From: a virus
Virus record (IMG/VR): IMGVR_UViG_3300034101_001322
Coordinates: 30,530 to 94,529 of that record
Strand: one strand, 5' to 3'
Length of the DNA stretch: 64,000 nt
A model generated the notes under the pieces. It saw only the letters and a list, made by a program, of their open reading frames with translations. It searched no databases and was not told the DNA's origin. This document shows positions 49,385 through 58,372 of the stretch, piece after piece (position 1 is the first letter of the stretch; every line of letters starts with the position of its first letter). The position numbers and the translations under genes were made by a program.

Positions 49385-49810
49385 ATGACAAACATTATTA
49401 TTATAGTTTTAGGAACATTAACTGTTTCATTTGCTATTGCCTATTCAGTTACGCTGTATAGGATAACAAAACTTAATAAAGCACTTGCAAAATTGTTTTT
49501 ATCCCATCAATCACTTCAAGAATTTATTGTAAAGAATAACGTTGAATTTAAAAACGATAGCGACATACACAAAGAAAACTTTATCAAGTTTCTTTCTGAT
49601 TCTCGTGATTGGGCTTTTAGTTATATTGAAGATGTACAGTCTGGACTAGATAAGTTTATTACAGAAGTTAAACCAGAGATGGATTACTTTGCTGAATATG
49701 GCGAAGTTGGATCTGCTTATCCACATTACCATTCTTTAAAAAAAATATTTGAAGCATATCAAGAATTGACTAAACTTATGCCAATGGAGCCTGTAGAAAA
49801 AGATGCTTGA
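49385..49810 (+). CDS. N-terminally anchored membrane protein
   Basis: N-terminal TM; promoter TTGACA(49338)-17-TACAAT. Confidence 0.6.
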   Translation: MTNIIIIVLGTLTVSFAIAYSVTLYRITKLNKALAKLFLSHQSLQEFIVKNNVEFKNDSDIHKENFIKFLSDSRDWAFSYIEDVQSGLDKFITEVKPEMDYFAEYGEVGSAYPHYHSLKKIFEAYQELTKLMPMEPVEKDA

Positions 49811-50012
49811 TGTTAGGGGAATACCTACATGCATCTGTCCACAATGTGGTGGAGAGTTGTTTAGAGCCTTGGTTTCTTTTGATCCAAAAACATATACAGT
49901 TGGAATGTATCATTTAGATATACAATGTCATGATTGCGGTGCATTGTGTACTGCTCCAACACCAGTAGATCACCCAACAAATCCAAATACGGATATAGGA
50001 GATAAAGAATGA
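49803..50012 (+). CDS. Zinc-ribbon protein
   Basis: CPQC...CHDC. Confidence 0.65.
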   Translation: MLDVRGIPTCICPQCGGELFRALVSFDPKTYTVGMYHLDIQCHDCGALCTAPTPVDHPTNPNTDIGDKE

Positions 50013-50167
50013 AAGATGTTTTGTTGTCAACACTAACAGGTTTTGGATGCGGTGTTGTGTTCGCAGCATTCAAATTGCCAGTACCAGCACCACCAGTTTT
50101 TGCGGGAGTCGCAGGAATTATTGGTCTATGGATTGGCTTCACATTACTAACACGAGTTATATCCTAG
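50009..50167 (+). CDS. XapX/DUF1427-like small membrane protein (not in ORF track)
   Basis: MKDVLLSTLTGFGCGVVFAAFKLPVPAPPVFAGVAGIIGLWIG; LPVPAPP signature; SD AGGAG. Confidence 0.8.
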   Translation: MKDVLLSTLTGFGCGVVFAAFKLPVPAPPVFAGVAGIIGLWIGFTLLTRVIS

Positions 50168-50175
50168 GAGGAATA

Positions 50176-50445
50176 ATGAATAACATAATCAATGATAAGA
50201 CAAAGGCAATGCTAGCATCATACGGTCGCTCAGTACTTGCATCAGGTCTTGCACTGTACATGGCTGGAGTAACAGATCCAAAGGATCTATGGACAGCACT
50301 CGTCGCTGCAATCGCTCCAGTAGCAATCAGAGCAATCAATCCTAACGACAAGGCTTTTGGCGTATTGCCAGATGCTAAGGAAGTTGAGAAGGCTCTAAAG
50401 GCTGCAAAGGCACCAGCACGTAAGAAGGCTGCGCCAAAGAAGTAA
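50176..50445 (+). CDS. Putative holin
   Basis: SD AGGAGG; SYGRSVLA...two hydrophobic segments...RAINPND.AFG; basic tail. Confidence 0.6.
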   Translation: MNNIINDKTKAMLASYGRSVLASGLALYMAGVTDPKDLWTALVAAIAPVAIRAINPNDKAFGVLPDAKEVEKALKAAKAPARKKAAPKK

Positions 50446-50457
50446 TCAATCTTCTAT

Positions 50458-50493
50458 CAGGAAGCCAGTCTAGAGATAGGCTGGCTTTTCTGT
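50458..50493. terminator. Terminator at the convergence of the two gene blocks
   Basis: AAGCCAGTCTA-GAGA-TAGGCTGGCTT-TTCTGTTT. Confidence 0.8.
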
Positions 50494-51531
50494 TTATTCA
50501 TTTATAATAGTTATATACTTGTCTTTAAGTTTATCTACAGAAAAAGTTTCTAATCCTATTTCTAAAGCCTTTTTCTTTAACTCAATTTTTTGATTATTTT
50601 CTACATACTTATCAATCACTTTTGCAAGCCTTTTTGGATCAGCATTATAAACATTAACCATTGATTTAGTCTTAAACTCATCAATCTTATGTGATTCTAT
50701 TAACCATTTATCAGGAAGTATTGCATTGTTTGGGGATACATTAGTCATAAAAACTGGCAGGGCACTCATAAGAGCCTCATTCATAGGTAGACAAAGACCA
50801 GCATAACGTCTAGGAAGAACCATACCGTCAAAGCCTTCGTACATACTCTCTCTGCTGTCTGGATTACCAGCATCAATAGTTATTCTTGAATCTTTGTAAG
50901 ATGTGTTAATAGGTGTCTGAGTTTTAATAACTAACTCGAAGTCAGCATTAGAATATCTCATCATATCTATAACAGTATCGGTTCCATTCCTATCTTTTGC
51001 TGCCTTCTTTCCACCAATATGTAGGATCCTCTTGTGATTTTTACTAAGGTTTATATCTTTTGCATTATTAAAAAGTGTGCTATCTGTTGGTGGTGGAAGA
51101 TGCATTACTTTTGTTTGATCTCCAAATTTTTGCATAACAATGTCAAGGTTCCAAATGCTTGGTGCCAATAGAACATCTGGTAAAGCCCAATCTGGGTTTG
51201 CAAGATTGCCAAATAGTTCATAGTTATACTGAAGAATTGTTTTTACACCACGCTTCTTAGCAAGATTAACAAACTCTAAATGATAAAATGTTTCACAACT
51301 AATAACAACATCAAGGTTTTCTAAGAAGGCTAAGACTTCATTTGTTTTTGGCATTCCCTTTGTTGTTTGAATAACATCATAGCCCTTGTACCATTCTGGA
51401 TGTTGGGCATTGTTATTAAAAAAAGAAGAATTAATTAAAAGTATCTTGTCTGGATTAAGCATCTTAACAAGTTCCATAGTCTGATTACCAAGACCAGTAT
51501 TATCTGATCTTGCAATAATTCCTAATCTCAT
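50494..51531 (-). CDS. Glycosyltransferase, GT-B fold (GT4-like)
   Basis: TGLGNQ, LPRRYAGLCLPMNEALMSALPV. Confidence 0.85.
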   Translation of the reverse strand: MRLGIIARSDNTGLGNQTMELVKMLNPDKILLINSSFFNNNAQHPEWYKGYDVIQTTKGMPKTNEVLAFLENLDVVISCETFYHLEFVNLAKKRGVKTILQYNYELFGNLANPDWALPDVLLAPSIWNLDIVMQKFGDQTKVMHLPPPTDSTLFNNAKDINLSKNHKRILHIGGKKAAKDRNGTDTVIDMMRYSNADFELVIKTQTPINTSYKDSRITIDAGNPDSRESMYEGFDGMVLPRRYAGLCLPMNEALMSALPVFMTNVSPNNAILPDKWLIESHKIDEFKTKSMVNVYNADPKRLAKVIDKYVENNQKIELKKKALEIGLETFSVDKLKDKYITIINE

Positions 51532-52289
51532 TCTTTATAACCCCAGGCATCATCATCTGATGTAAACTTTCTAGTTCCTTCACGACCATCTAAATGATAT
51601 GAACGCTTTATATTTCCTTCAGGATGATAAATCCATAATTTGTGAATGTTCCAACCATCTTCATTAAATTTATTGTAAGGAAGTATTTCATCTTGTATTT
51701 TTCCATGAGTGGTGTCCTCAATAAAAACCCTATCCTGTAGTGGCGGAAGGATTATATCCTTATAATAAGATACACGACTTAAGTGTGGTCTTTGACTCCA
51801 TTGAGCAGTCTTCATAAAAACATCTTCTAGACCAAACATTAAATGTTGATGAGGCTCAGGAATAAATGCTTCAAAGTGAAAACGAATTGTGTTTGCTTTG
51901 TCGTACTCAATTAGATCTAAACATTTTTGCCAATCAATTGGCATGTCTGGGGTTAAAGGAGCATCTCCCTCAACATAAAGAAGTAAAGATGTTTGTATTT
52001 GATTAATAGTTTCACGCATCATTGTGCTTTGGTGACTATGCTTATCAAAGATAATAGGAAGAACGTTTTTATATTCATGAAGACATTTCCAAAGAATTCT
52101 ACTTTTGTATTCATCATAATCTTTTTTCCTATTTAATTGTTCTTTTCGTAATCCATCTATCTGCATAATGATTTCGTTATCTGGAAAATGAACTCTAATA
52201 GATTTAATAGTTTCATCAATCATTTCAGTGCTTGGATGACTTGGTAATACAGAAGTAGCCAAAATAATAGTTACATCATTCTTATGCAT
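51528..52289 (-). CDS. Glycosyltransferase, GT-A fold-like
   Basis: VTIILATS..., LLYVEGD, HLDGR. Confidence 0.6.
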   Translation of the reverse strand: MHKNDVTIILATSVLPSHPSTEMIDETIKSIRVHFPDNEIIMQIDGLRKEQLNRKKDYDEYKSRILWKCLHEYKNVLPIIFDKHSHQSTMMRETINQIQTSLLLYVEGDAPLTPDMPIDWQKCLDLIEYDKANTIRFHFEAFIPEPHQHLMFGLEDVFMKTAQWSQRPHLSRVSYYKDIILPPLQDRVFIEDTTHGKIQDEILPYNKFNEDGWNIHKLWIYHPEGNIKRSYHLDGREGTRKFTSDDDAWGYKE

Positions 52290-53136
52290 TTATCTGCCTC
52301 ATAATCTTAATACCTAAATCTCTCTTGTATTTAATCCACCAAGTAACCACTTTATGCATATTTGCTGGGTATTGACTTAATAACTCAGGAGTCAACTTAT
52401 GTAACTCAGACCAGTTGGAAACGCTAACAACAGGTATATCATACCCAAATAAATAATTATAAAAATCTAGGCTATTTCCATTTGGATCTATCTTATCAGC
52501 AATTGGAAGGCATAACATTTCTATGGCTTCAAAGAATCTAAATGAATCAATAACTACAGCCCCAGACGGCGCAGGAGCGATCTTAGCGCTGGCTAGAGTG
52601 CGGTAGTAGTCTATAGGCTTATCTCCCTGTGCAAAGCCTGCTGTGGGCTTAAAAAGGGCATTCGGCATGTTCTGTATAGCCTTAGCCAACTGCTGTCGTC
52701 TAGCATGAGTTATCTGACCACCAAAATATAAATCATTATCCTTAGAAGGATATTCAGGAACTAACTTCTTAAGGTGTTGAGGAGCACCTATTGGTAGTTT
52801 GTTATATTTATTGTGTTTTTTGTGAGGGTATTGAATCCATATCTCAGCATTAGGATGATTAATCTTAGTTGTATCAAACTTACCTTCCTCATCCCCCGTA
52901 ATAAATAAAACAACCCTTGAAAGGTTTTGTATTTGTGCATTAATATCTTCTTCATGACCAAGGTTTTGAGGTCCAGGAACTACAACAAATCCACGATCTG
53001 ACTTGGGGATAGATGTTACCTTAACTTGATCTATTTGATACTTATCAAATATTTCTTTTAACAAGCCATAGTCCCACTTATCAGCAGCACAGTCTTGTTC
53101 GTTAAAAGAATATAGGTAACATTTAGATTGATTCAT
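52282..53136 (-). CDS. Exostosin (GT47)-like glycosyltransferase
   Basis: YFGGQ...RR, YYRTLASAKIAPAPSG..DSFRFFEAIEMLCLPI. Confidence 0.75.
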   Translation of the reverse strand: MNQSKCYLYSFNEQDCAADKWDYGLLKEIFDKYQIDQVKVTSIPKSDRGFVVVPGPQNLGHEEDINAQIQNLSRVVLFITGDEEGKFDTTKINHPNAEIWIQYPHKKHNKYNKLPIGAPQHLKKLVPEYPSKDNDLYFGGQITHARRQQLAKAIQNMPNALFKPTAGFAQGDKPIDYYRTLASAKIAPAPSGAVVIDSFRFFEAIEMLCLPIADKIDPNGNSLDFYNYLFGYDIPVVSVSNWSELHKLTPELLSQYPANMHKVVTWWIKYKRDLGIKIMRQINA

Positions 53137-53836
53137 AAAACAAATGAACCTCATGCTGGTAATCAATTAGAGTTTCTTTATATCCAATACCCTTAATAAA
53201 CTGTCTTAGATCATACAAATATTCTTTCCAGTACATCATCATAAATTCTGGGTGTCCAGACAGCCAGATCTTTGGTTTGAACTCTCTCATAACTTTTTCT
53301 GCACCACCAAGTACACGCCATTCACTTCCTTCAACATCAAGTGAAATTGCTGTAGGTGGCTTTAATCCTTTTTCATAAACAAGAGTATCAATCTTTGTTT
53401 GACCATATTTGTCTGCTTCATACTGCAATTCTTTAAATCCATGTGCTGCTTCAATAGGTGCATCAGCCTCTGGTGGAAACTCATTATAATAAATACGTGC
53501 AAGTTTATTGTCCTTATCAGATGCAAACCCTGGAATGGATGCAAGAGGCATATCTAAATTATTAGCACTCCATAGTAATGGAAAGTGTGACCACACCTTT
53601 GGATTAGGCTCAAACAAAACTACTTCAGCGCCCCACATTTGGCATAGTGCTGGCATTTCTCCTTCTTCAGCACCTACATAGTAAACAACATCGCCCTTGC
53701 CAATATTTTCACTCATTGACTTCAGTCTAGGTTTTTCCCAACCGTGTGGTTGATACCAGTCTGGTCTATCTGCACGATGCTTTGGCAATGTTATTTCAAA
53801 CTCTCCGTTAATAACTGCCTTTACCATTTCGGTCAT
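53123..53836 (-). CDS. FkbM-family SAM methyltransferase
   Basis: YVGAEEG, LFEPNP, SLDVEGSE. Confidence 0.88.
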   Translation of the reverse strand: MTEMVKAVINGEFEITLPKHRADRPDWYQPHGWEKPRLKSMSENIGKGDVVYYVGAEEGEMPALCQMWGAEVVLFEPNPKVWSHFPLLWSANNLDMPLASIPGFASDKDNKLARIYYNEFPPEADAPIEAAHGFKELQYEADKYGQTKIDTLVYEKGLKPPTAISLDVEGSEWRVLGGAEKVMREFKPKIWLSGHPEFMMMYWKEYLYDLRQFIKGIGYKETLIDYQHEVHLFYESI

Positions 53837-54789
53837 AGACCTAACTCCTTCATAATAGTTGCCCACCTGTGTACATATGTGTGCTCTTGTTTTGTTCTTT
53901 CATGACCAGCAAATCTAATCTGTTCTCTTAATGGTGCATTAAATAAATACTCATCAATTTTAGACTTTAGATCTTCAAGATTTCCATGTTCATAAAAAAC
54001 AATTTCTTCTTCATCGATAAAATAATCTTCTAAACCTTTAATGCGAGGGTAGATAGTAAAGCCACCACGACCAGTACTTTCAAACAACCTATCGCTAGTG
54101 TAATAAGGATAGTTAAAGTTAATGTTTAAACTATCACCTATTGCTACCTTGCTTTTTGCGTAGATACGGTTTAGGGCATCTCCACGAATAGTTCCAGTAT
54201 CACCATCTCCACCAACATGTAAAAAATTTTTACCATATGTCTTTCTTAAAAAATCTATTAACTGTGGACGATATTTATGTTCTGGATGATAACCTTTGCT
54301 ACCAACAAATATAATATCATTCTCAAAATCATATTGATTATAGTCTTGATGTATATAACATTCTTTATCATACACTCCAGCAGGCAAAAAATGACCCTTA
54401 ACTTCTGTGTTTTCATTAAACCAATCACACATTAACTTATCTGTGGCAAAAAAGTGACCAATGTTTGTATAAAAATCATCATTCTTTAAATCTTTTTCAC
54501 GCTCAATACCAAACCATAAATCTAAATGATAAGTCATAGTTGGTACGCCAGCAGACTTTAACTCTTTCAACACATCTGTCATTGATTTAGATCCTGGAGT
54601 TTGCCATCTATGTGTGTGTACCCAGATAAATAGATCTGACTTTAATGATTGATCTAGAACCTGTTCACTTGTTGCTTTCTTTTCCTGCAATTTTTGAACG
54701 GTATGTCCAAGAGACTCTAAAGACTTAGCATGATGATTCTCACTGCTGTAAGGCACCTCAAAGTTACCAAGAAAAACTATATTAGCCAA
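53833..54789 (-). CDS. CgeB/YkvP-like glycosyltransferase
   Basis: DIIFVGS, YAKSKVAIG, SDRLFESTGRG, EHTYVHR. Confidence 0.85.
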   Translation of the reverse strand: MANIVFLGNFEVPYSSENHHAKSLESLGHTVQKLQEKKATSEQVLDQSLKSDLFIWVHTHRWQTPGSKSMTDVLKELKSAGVPTMTYHLDLWFGIEREKDLKNDDFYTNIGHFFATDKLMCDWFNENTEVKGHFLPAGVYDKECYIHQDYNQYDFENDIIFVGSKGYHPEHKYRPQLIDFLRKTYGKNFLHVGGDGDTGTIRGDALNRIYAKSKVAIGDSLNINFNYPYYTSDRLFESTGRGGFTIYPRIKGLEDYFIDEEEIVFYEHGNLEDLKSKIDEYLFNAPLREQIRFAGHERTKQEHTYVHRWATIMKELGL

Positions 54790-54816
54790 GATATTCCACC
54801 CATCTTATGTTTCTAT

Positions 54817-54841
54817 AAGTATACCAGATTCTGCTATACTT
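54817..54841. promoter_or_regulatory. Back-to-back extended -10 promoters forming a near-palindrome
   Basis: AAGTATAcCAG-att-CTGcTATACTT gives TGGTATACT on minus and TGCTATACT on plus. Confidence 0.7.
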
Positions 54842-54861
54842 GTAATAAAGGTAGGGTAATT

Positions 54862-55554
54862 GTGGATTTTGTTTATATATGTAAGTCTGGCGACAATGAA
54901 GAACTTAGGTACTCAATAAGGTCTGTTGTGCATAGTTTTCCAGACGCTAATGTGTGGCTTGTTGGTGGCAAACCAGATTGGTATTCGGGTAATCACATTC
55001 ATATAGATCAAAATCACCATAAGTATGCTAATGCTATTAATAATCTTAATGCCCTGTGCAACTCTGATAAAATATCAAATGAGTTTGTTCTTATGAATGA
55101 TGACTTCTTTATAATTAAAAGAATAGATTCTATTGATCAGTTTTATAACGGTTTGTTATCTGAAAAAATAGATAGGTACACAAAGATTACTGGGTCATCT
55201 ATGTATATTAAAAAACTAATACTTACAAAAACAAGGTTGCTTGAGCACGGTATAAAAGATCCCTATGACTATGAACTGCATATCCCCATGGTGATGCAAA
55301 GAGATAAACTACTACCTATAATTAAAAAGTATCCTAGTTGTCTTTGGAGATCAATGTATGGCAATATAAACAGTGTTGGTGGCACACAAATGGAAGATGT
55401 TAAGGTTTATACTAATCCAAGGCACATGGCTAGATCAAATGATATAACAGAAAATTCTGTTTTTATGTCAACCGAAGATCAAGCATTTAAAATGATGTTA
55501 GATAAAGTATTGATTAAACTGTTCCCAGATAAAAGCAAGTATGAGTACGCCTAG
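54862..55554 (+). CDS. Stealth-like (hexose-1-phosphate transferase-like) protein
   Basis: DFVY, EELRYSIRSV, LMNDDFF, YELHIP; GTG start. Confidence 0.7.
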   Translation: MDFVYICKSGDNEELRYSIRSVVHSFPDANVWLVGGKPDWYSGNHIHIDQNHHKYANAINNLNALCNSDKISNEFVLMNDDFFIIKRIDSIDQFYNGLLSEKIDRYTKITGSSMYIKKLILTKTRLLEHGIKDPYDYELHIPMVMQRDKLLPIIKKYPSCLWRSMYGNINSVGGTQMEDVKVYTNPRHMARSNDITENSVFMSTEDQAFKMMLDKVLIKLFPDKSKYEYA

Positions 55555-55617
55555 AGGGATTCGAACCCCCGACAGTCTGGGTAGAAACCAGATACTCTTC
55601 CTCTGAGTTATAGACGT
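55546..55617 (-). tRNA. tRNA-Arg(TCT), CCA not encoded
   Basis: ACGTCTA/TAGGCGT acceptor stem, TCTGG-TTTCTAC-CCAGA anticodon arm, GGTTCGAATCC. Confidence 0.88.
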
Positions 55618-55621
55618 TTAG

Positions 55622-55695
55622 TAGAGCAGGTAGGACTTGAACCTACGATAGCCGAATTATGAGTTCGGTGCCTTAACCAACTTGGCTACTGCTCC
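55622..55695 (-). tRNA. tRNA(CAT), probably Ile2 (lysidine type); elongator Met not excluded
   Basis: GGAGCAG/CTGCTCT acceptor stem, CCGAA-CTCATAA-TTCGG anticodon arm; lacks the initiator 3GC pairs and C1 mismatch. Confidence 0.88.
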
Positions 55696-55698
55696 AGA

Positions 55699-56619
55699 TT
55701 AAATAAACTGTTTAATGCTTCTTCCACCAAGTGGATTAATTGTAACCCTGGCATTCTTTATACCGTGATCACTTCTATCTTTTTTATGTACCGCTAAGAA
55801 CACTGGATCGTAACTTTCGGACGGTACAATTGGATTCCTAAGTCCATGATGAGAAGCAATAAGCATATAACAATCACCAATATTCTTTAATGATAAACTA
55901 CCCTGTAACACAGCCTCAACATTGTTAAGACCAAACTCTAATCCAAAGTCTGTTCCATATATAGCCAACTGCTTCAAGGTGTTATCTTTAATCCTACGTG
56001 CCACAGTGCTTGCTCTTGGTAATTCGTTACCCATATTTTGTAGTGCAGAAATAAAACTTATTGTTTCTGGATGATCAAAAATTCTTTTTTGAAATCTTCT
56101 TGATGTTCCAGACCATTGTTGAAAATCTCTTGGACTGTTGCCATACTTGTGTGACACATGCATAACAGCATTACCTTCTATGTCCATGAAGTGAAAGTCT
56201 GACTTATATCCAAATGGAGAAGAGATTACAGATACAACTCTGTATATGTTTTCACTTACACGCACATCAACATAAGGCTTATTAGTTTTCTTTTTAATTT
56301 CTTCTAATTTATGTGAAAGGCTGTATACCTCAAGGTCTTGTTTAATTGTAGTATTCTGTGTTCTATTAGAAAACTCTGAATCTTTATAAAGGCTGGTAAG
56401 TTTAATCTTGTTGCCACCTTTTGTAGGGAGCAGGACAGAATTACCCTTTTCGTAATACCTCAATCCATCAAGGTCATCAATGTTTTCTAGAATAGATGTG
56501 TCTAATAAGATTAGTTCATCCATTCCAACAACATAAAACCCTTGACCAATGCTAATTCTTTTAGTAAAAATACTAAAATTATTACGCTTGGAAAGTTCTT
56601 TCATTGAAAGATTTGCCAT
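55699..56619 (-). CDS. Putative PD-(D/E)xK endonuclease (KxD...SxK variant)
   Basis: YKSDFHFMD...HVSHK...DFQQWSG, similar in form to the MspI/HinP1I-type active site. Confidence 0.55.
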   Translation of the reverse strand: MANLSMKELSKRNNFSIFTKRISIGQGFYVVGMDELILLDTSILENIDDLDGLRYYEKGNSVLLPTKGGNKIKLTSLYKDSEFSNRTQNTTIKQDLEVYSLSHKLEEIKKKTNKPYVDVRVSENIYRVVSVISSPFGYKSDFHFMDIEGNAVMHVSHKYGNSPRDFQQWSGTSRRFQKRIFDHPETISFISALQNMGNELPRASTVARRIKDNTLKQLAIYGTDFGLEFGLNNVEAVLQGSLSLKNIGDCYMLIASHHGLRNPIVPSESYDPVFLAVHKKDRSDHGIKNARVTINPLGGRSIKQFI

Positions 56620-57333
56620 TTATTTTGTAAATAATTCCTTTTGAAGACCATTCCAATACAAATTATAATAATTAATATCAAAAGAAAATCTCTTCATGTG
56701 TTGAACAACCGCACCAGTATGAGCATAAAGATCAACACCTGCAGCCTTTAATTTTCTAAAGAAAACAATATCTTCGCTAATGTATTTATCACCAATACCC
56801 TGCTCTTCTGCAAACAAAGAGTAGTCTGGGCTTACGCTGCGTAGTTTTGGAATGATTGACTTATGCATAAGAAGAAACCCAAAACCAGCAGAGTCTACCT
56901 GAATAAGTTGATTGATTGGAAGTGGATGAATAATTTGAAGTTCATTTTTATTATTGCCTTCCATAAAAAGTGCAGGGAATGGCTGCATTAAAGACTTCTC
57001 ATTCTCCTTTGACACAAAGTACGTACCACTTACAACTGGTCTTGCAACCTTATCTGCTGCATCCCATACAAGTTTAAACACCTCTGGTGAGATAACAATA
57101 TCTGAATCAATCCAAAGTAACCAATCAGACTTACTTACATCTGCCCAGTTATCAAACAATACCTGTCGCTGTCTACCAATTTGGTTTCCATTTACACGAA
57201 TCTTGTTTACAACTTTAATCCCTGAAGCCAGTGCTGTCATGGTTGTATATAATACTCCGTCCATGAATCGACCATCTACCATACCACCATCACACCATGC
57301 TAAGGTTAGAGTTTCTTTTGAACTATGTGCCAT
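56620..57333 (-). CDS. Glycosyltransferase, GT-A fold (GT2-like)
   Basis: WLLWIDSD, SAGFGFLL, SEDIVFF. Confidence 0.8.
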   Translation of the reverse strand: MAHSSKETLTLAWCDGGMVDGRFMDGVLYTTMTALASGIKVVNKIRVNGNQIGRQRQVLFDNWADVSKSDWLLWIDSDIVISPEVFKLVWDAADKVARPVVSGTYFVSKENEKSLMQPFPALFMEGNNKNELQIIHPLPINQLIQVDSAGFGFLLMHKSIIPKLRSVSPDYSLFAEEQGIGDKYISEDIVFFRKLKAAGVDLYAHTGAVVQHMKRFSFDINYYNLYWNGLQKELFTK

Positions 57334-57440
57334 TACTTATGTCCCTTCATATGTCTGCTCAATGTTAAGTGAGCAAAGTCTGATCTAACTTCTATTTCTT
57401 TCTTACAAATTTCACAGATAACTATTCTGTTATTCGCCAT
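57333..57440 (-). CDS. 35-aa C2H2-type zinc-finger microprotein (not in ORF track)
   Basis: MANNRIVICEICKKEIEVRSDFAHLTLSRHMKGHK; TAATG coupling. Confidence 0.6.
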   Translation of the reverse strand: MANNRIVICEICKKEIEVRSDFAHLTLSRHMKGHK

Positions 57441-57529
57441 CCTGCTTCACTCCATATGTCATTGCAACATAACAAGCAATATATCCAAGCGCAAAGGCTG
57501 GAAGTAAAAATAGTGCATGTACCATCATC

Positions 57530-57742
57530 CTACTCCTCTCTTTTCCAATGAATGTATGACTTAATATATACTGCTGCATATGCTAAGGCACTGAAAATAA
57601 ATCCATATTGATCTGTAACCAATGCATATGCAATCCATAAACATTCGTTAAACAATAGGATAAGCCATCCCCAAATTGTTTTACGTCCAACGAAGAATAT
57701 ACCTGCTACGCCAATGACGGCTAGCACCCATGACCACATCAT
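57530..57742 (-). CDS. Small PnuC/PQ-loop-like membrane protein
   Basis: Three Trp-rich hydrophobic segments. Confidence 0.55.
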   Translation of the reverse strand: MMWSWVLAVIGVAGIFFVGRKTIWGWLILLFNECLWIAYALVTDQYGFIFSALAYAAVYIKSYIHWKREE

Positions 57743-57871
57743 ACTGCTACCTGCCTTGGTATCATTGCGTTACAAAATTCACAAAAATCATATGATGATC
57801 CAGTAAATGGACATTCCCCAGCATATACTAATCTATGCTCTGTTAACTTACATCTTAATGACTTAATCAAA

Positions 57872-58093
57872 TTAATTAACATTTATCTCGTTCTGCCCTC
57901 TAGCAATTGCTGCAGATATTTGAAAAGCCTTTGTGGTACGACGAGACTTATTAAGTCCTTTAGCCTTCCACAGATCACTTGTTCCTTCTATGTCCTGGGC
58001 AATCTGCTCACGGATCTCTTTAACTGTCTCAACAATAAACTCCCACAACTGTTCCTTGTGTTCATCTGAAAGTTCTTCAGTCCAGTTACTCAT
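57872..58093 (-). CDS. Hypothetical protein (paralog of 59620..59793)
   Basis: IREQIAQDIE...AAIARG. Confidence 0.6.
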   Translation of the reverse strand: MSNWTEELSDEHKEQLWEFIVETVKEIREQIAQDIEGTSDLWKAKGLNKSRRTTKAFQISAAIARGQNEINVN

Positions 58094-58187
58094 CTTCATC
58101 CTCAAATTCTTTTAGGGCATTGGAGTTATCAAAACAGAAATTACAGTCTCCATTTACTAAACGATTCCCACACCGATTGCAAAACAT
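58086..58187 (-). CDS. 33-aa zinc-ribbon microprotein, leaderless
   Basis: MFCNRCGNRLVNGDCNFC...; TTGACA-17-TATACT-6 nt-ATG. Confidence 0.65.
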   Translation of the reverse strand: MFCNRCGNRLVNGDCNFCFDNSNALKEFEDEDE

Positions 58188-58372
58188 ATTATCAGTATAT
58201 CAAAGGTCTTGCAGTTTGTCAATTAAGCGTAAGACTATCTACCGCATCTATTAATAATTAGTAGTAGCCCACCTGAGATTATCAAGGCAAAGATTATGTC
58301 TATTAAAGTAGTCATTGATACATTATACCTTTCGTTTGTCAAAACTGGCAGGGTATATGATAAAATGATTAT

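Noticed and set aside
50458-55560. Glycan cluster as an island integrated at the tRNA-Arg 3' end
   Set aside because: No duplicated tRNA 3' end at the far boundary and no integrase in the window
55546-55617. Amber suppressor tRNA (CTA occurs in the loop) or stop-codon recoding
   Set aside because: The 5-bp stem TCTGG/CCAGA centres TCT as the anticodon; long genes are uninterrupted in code 11 and TAG is used as a normal stop
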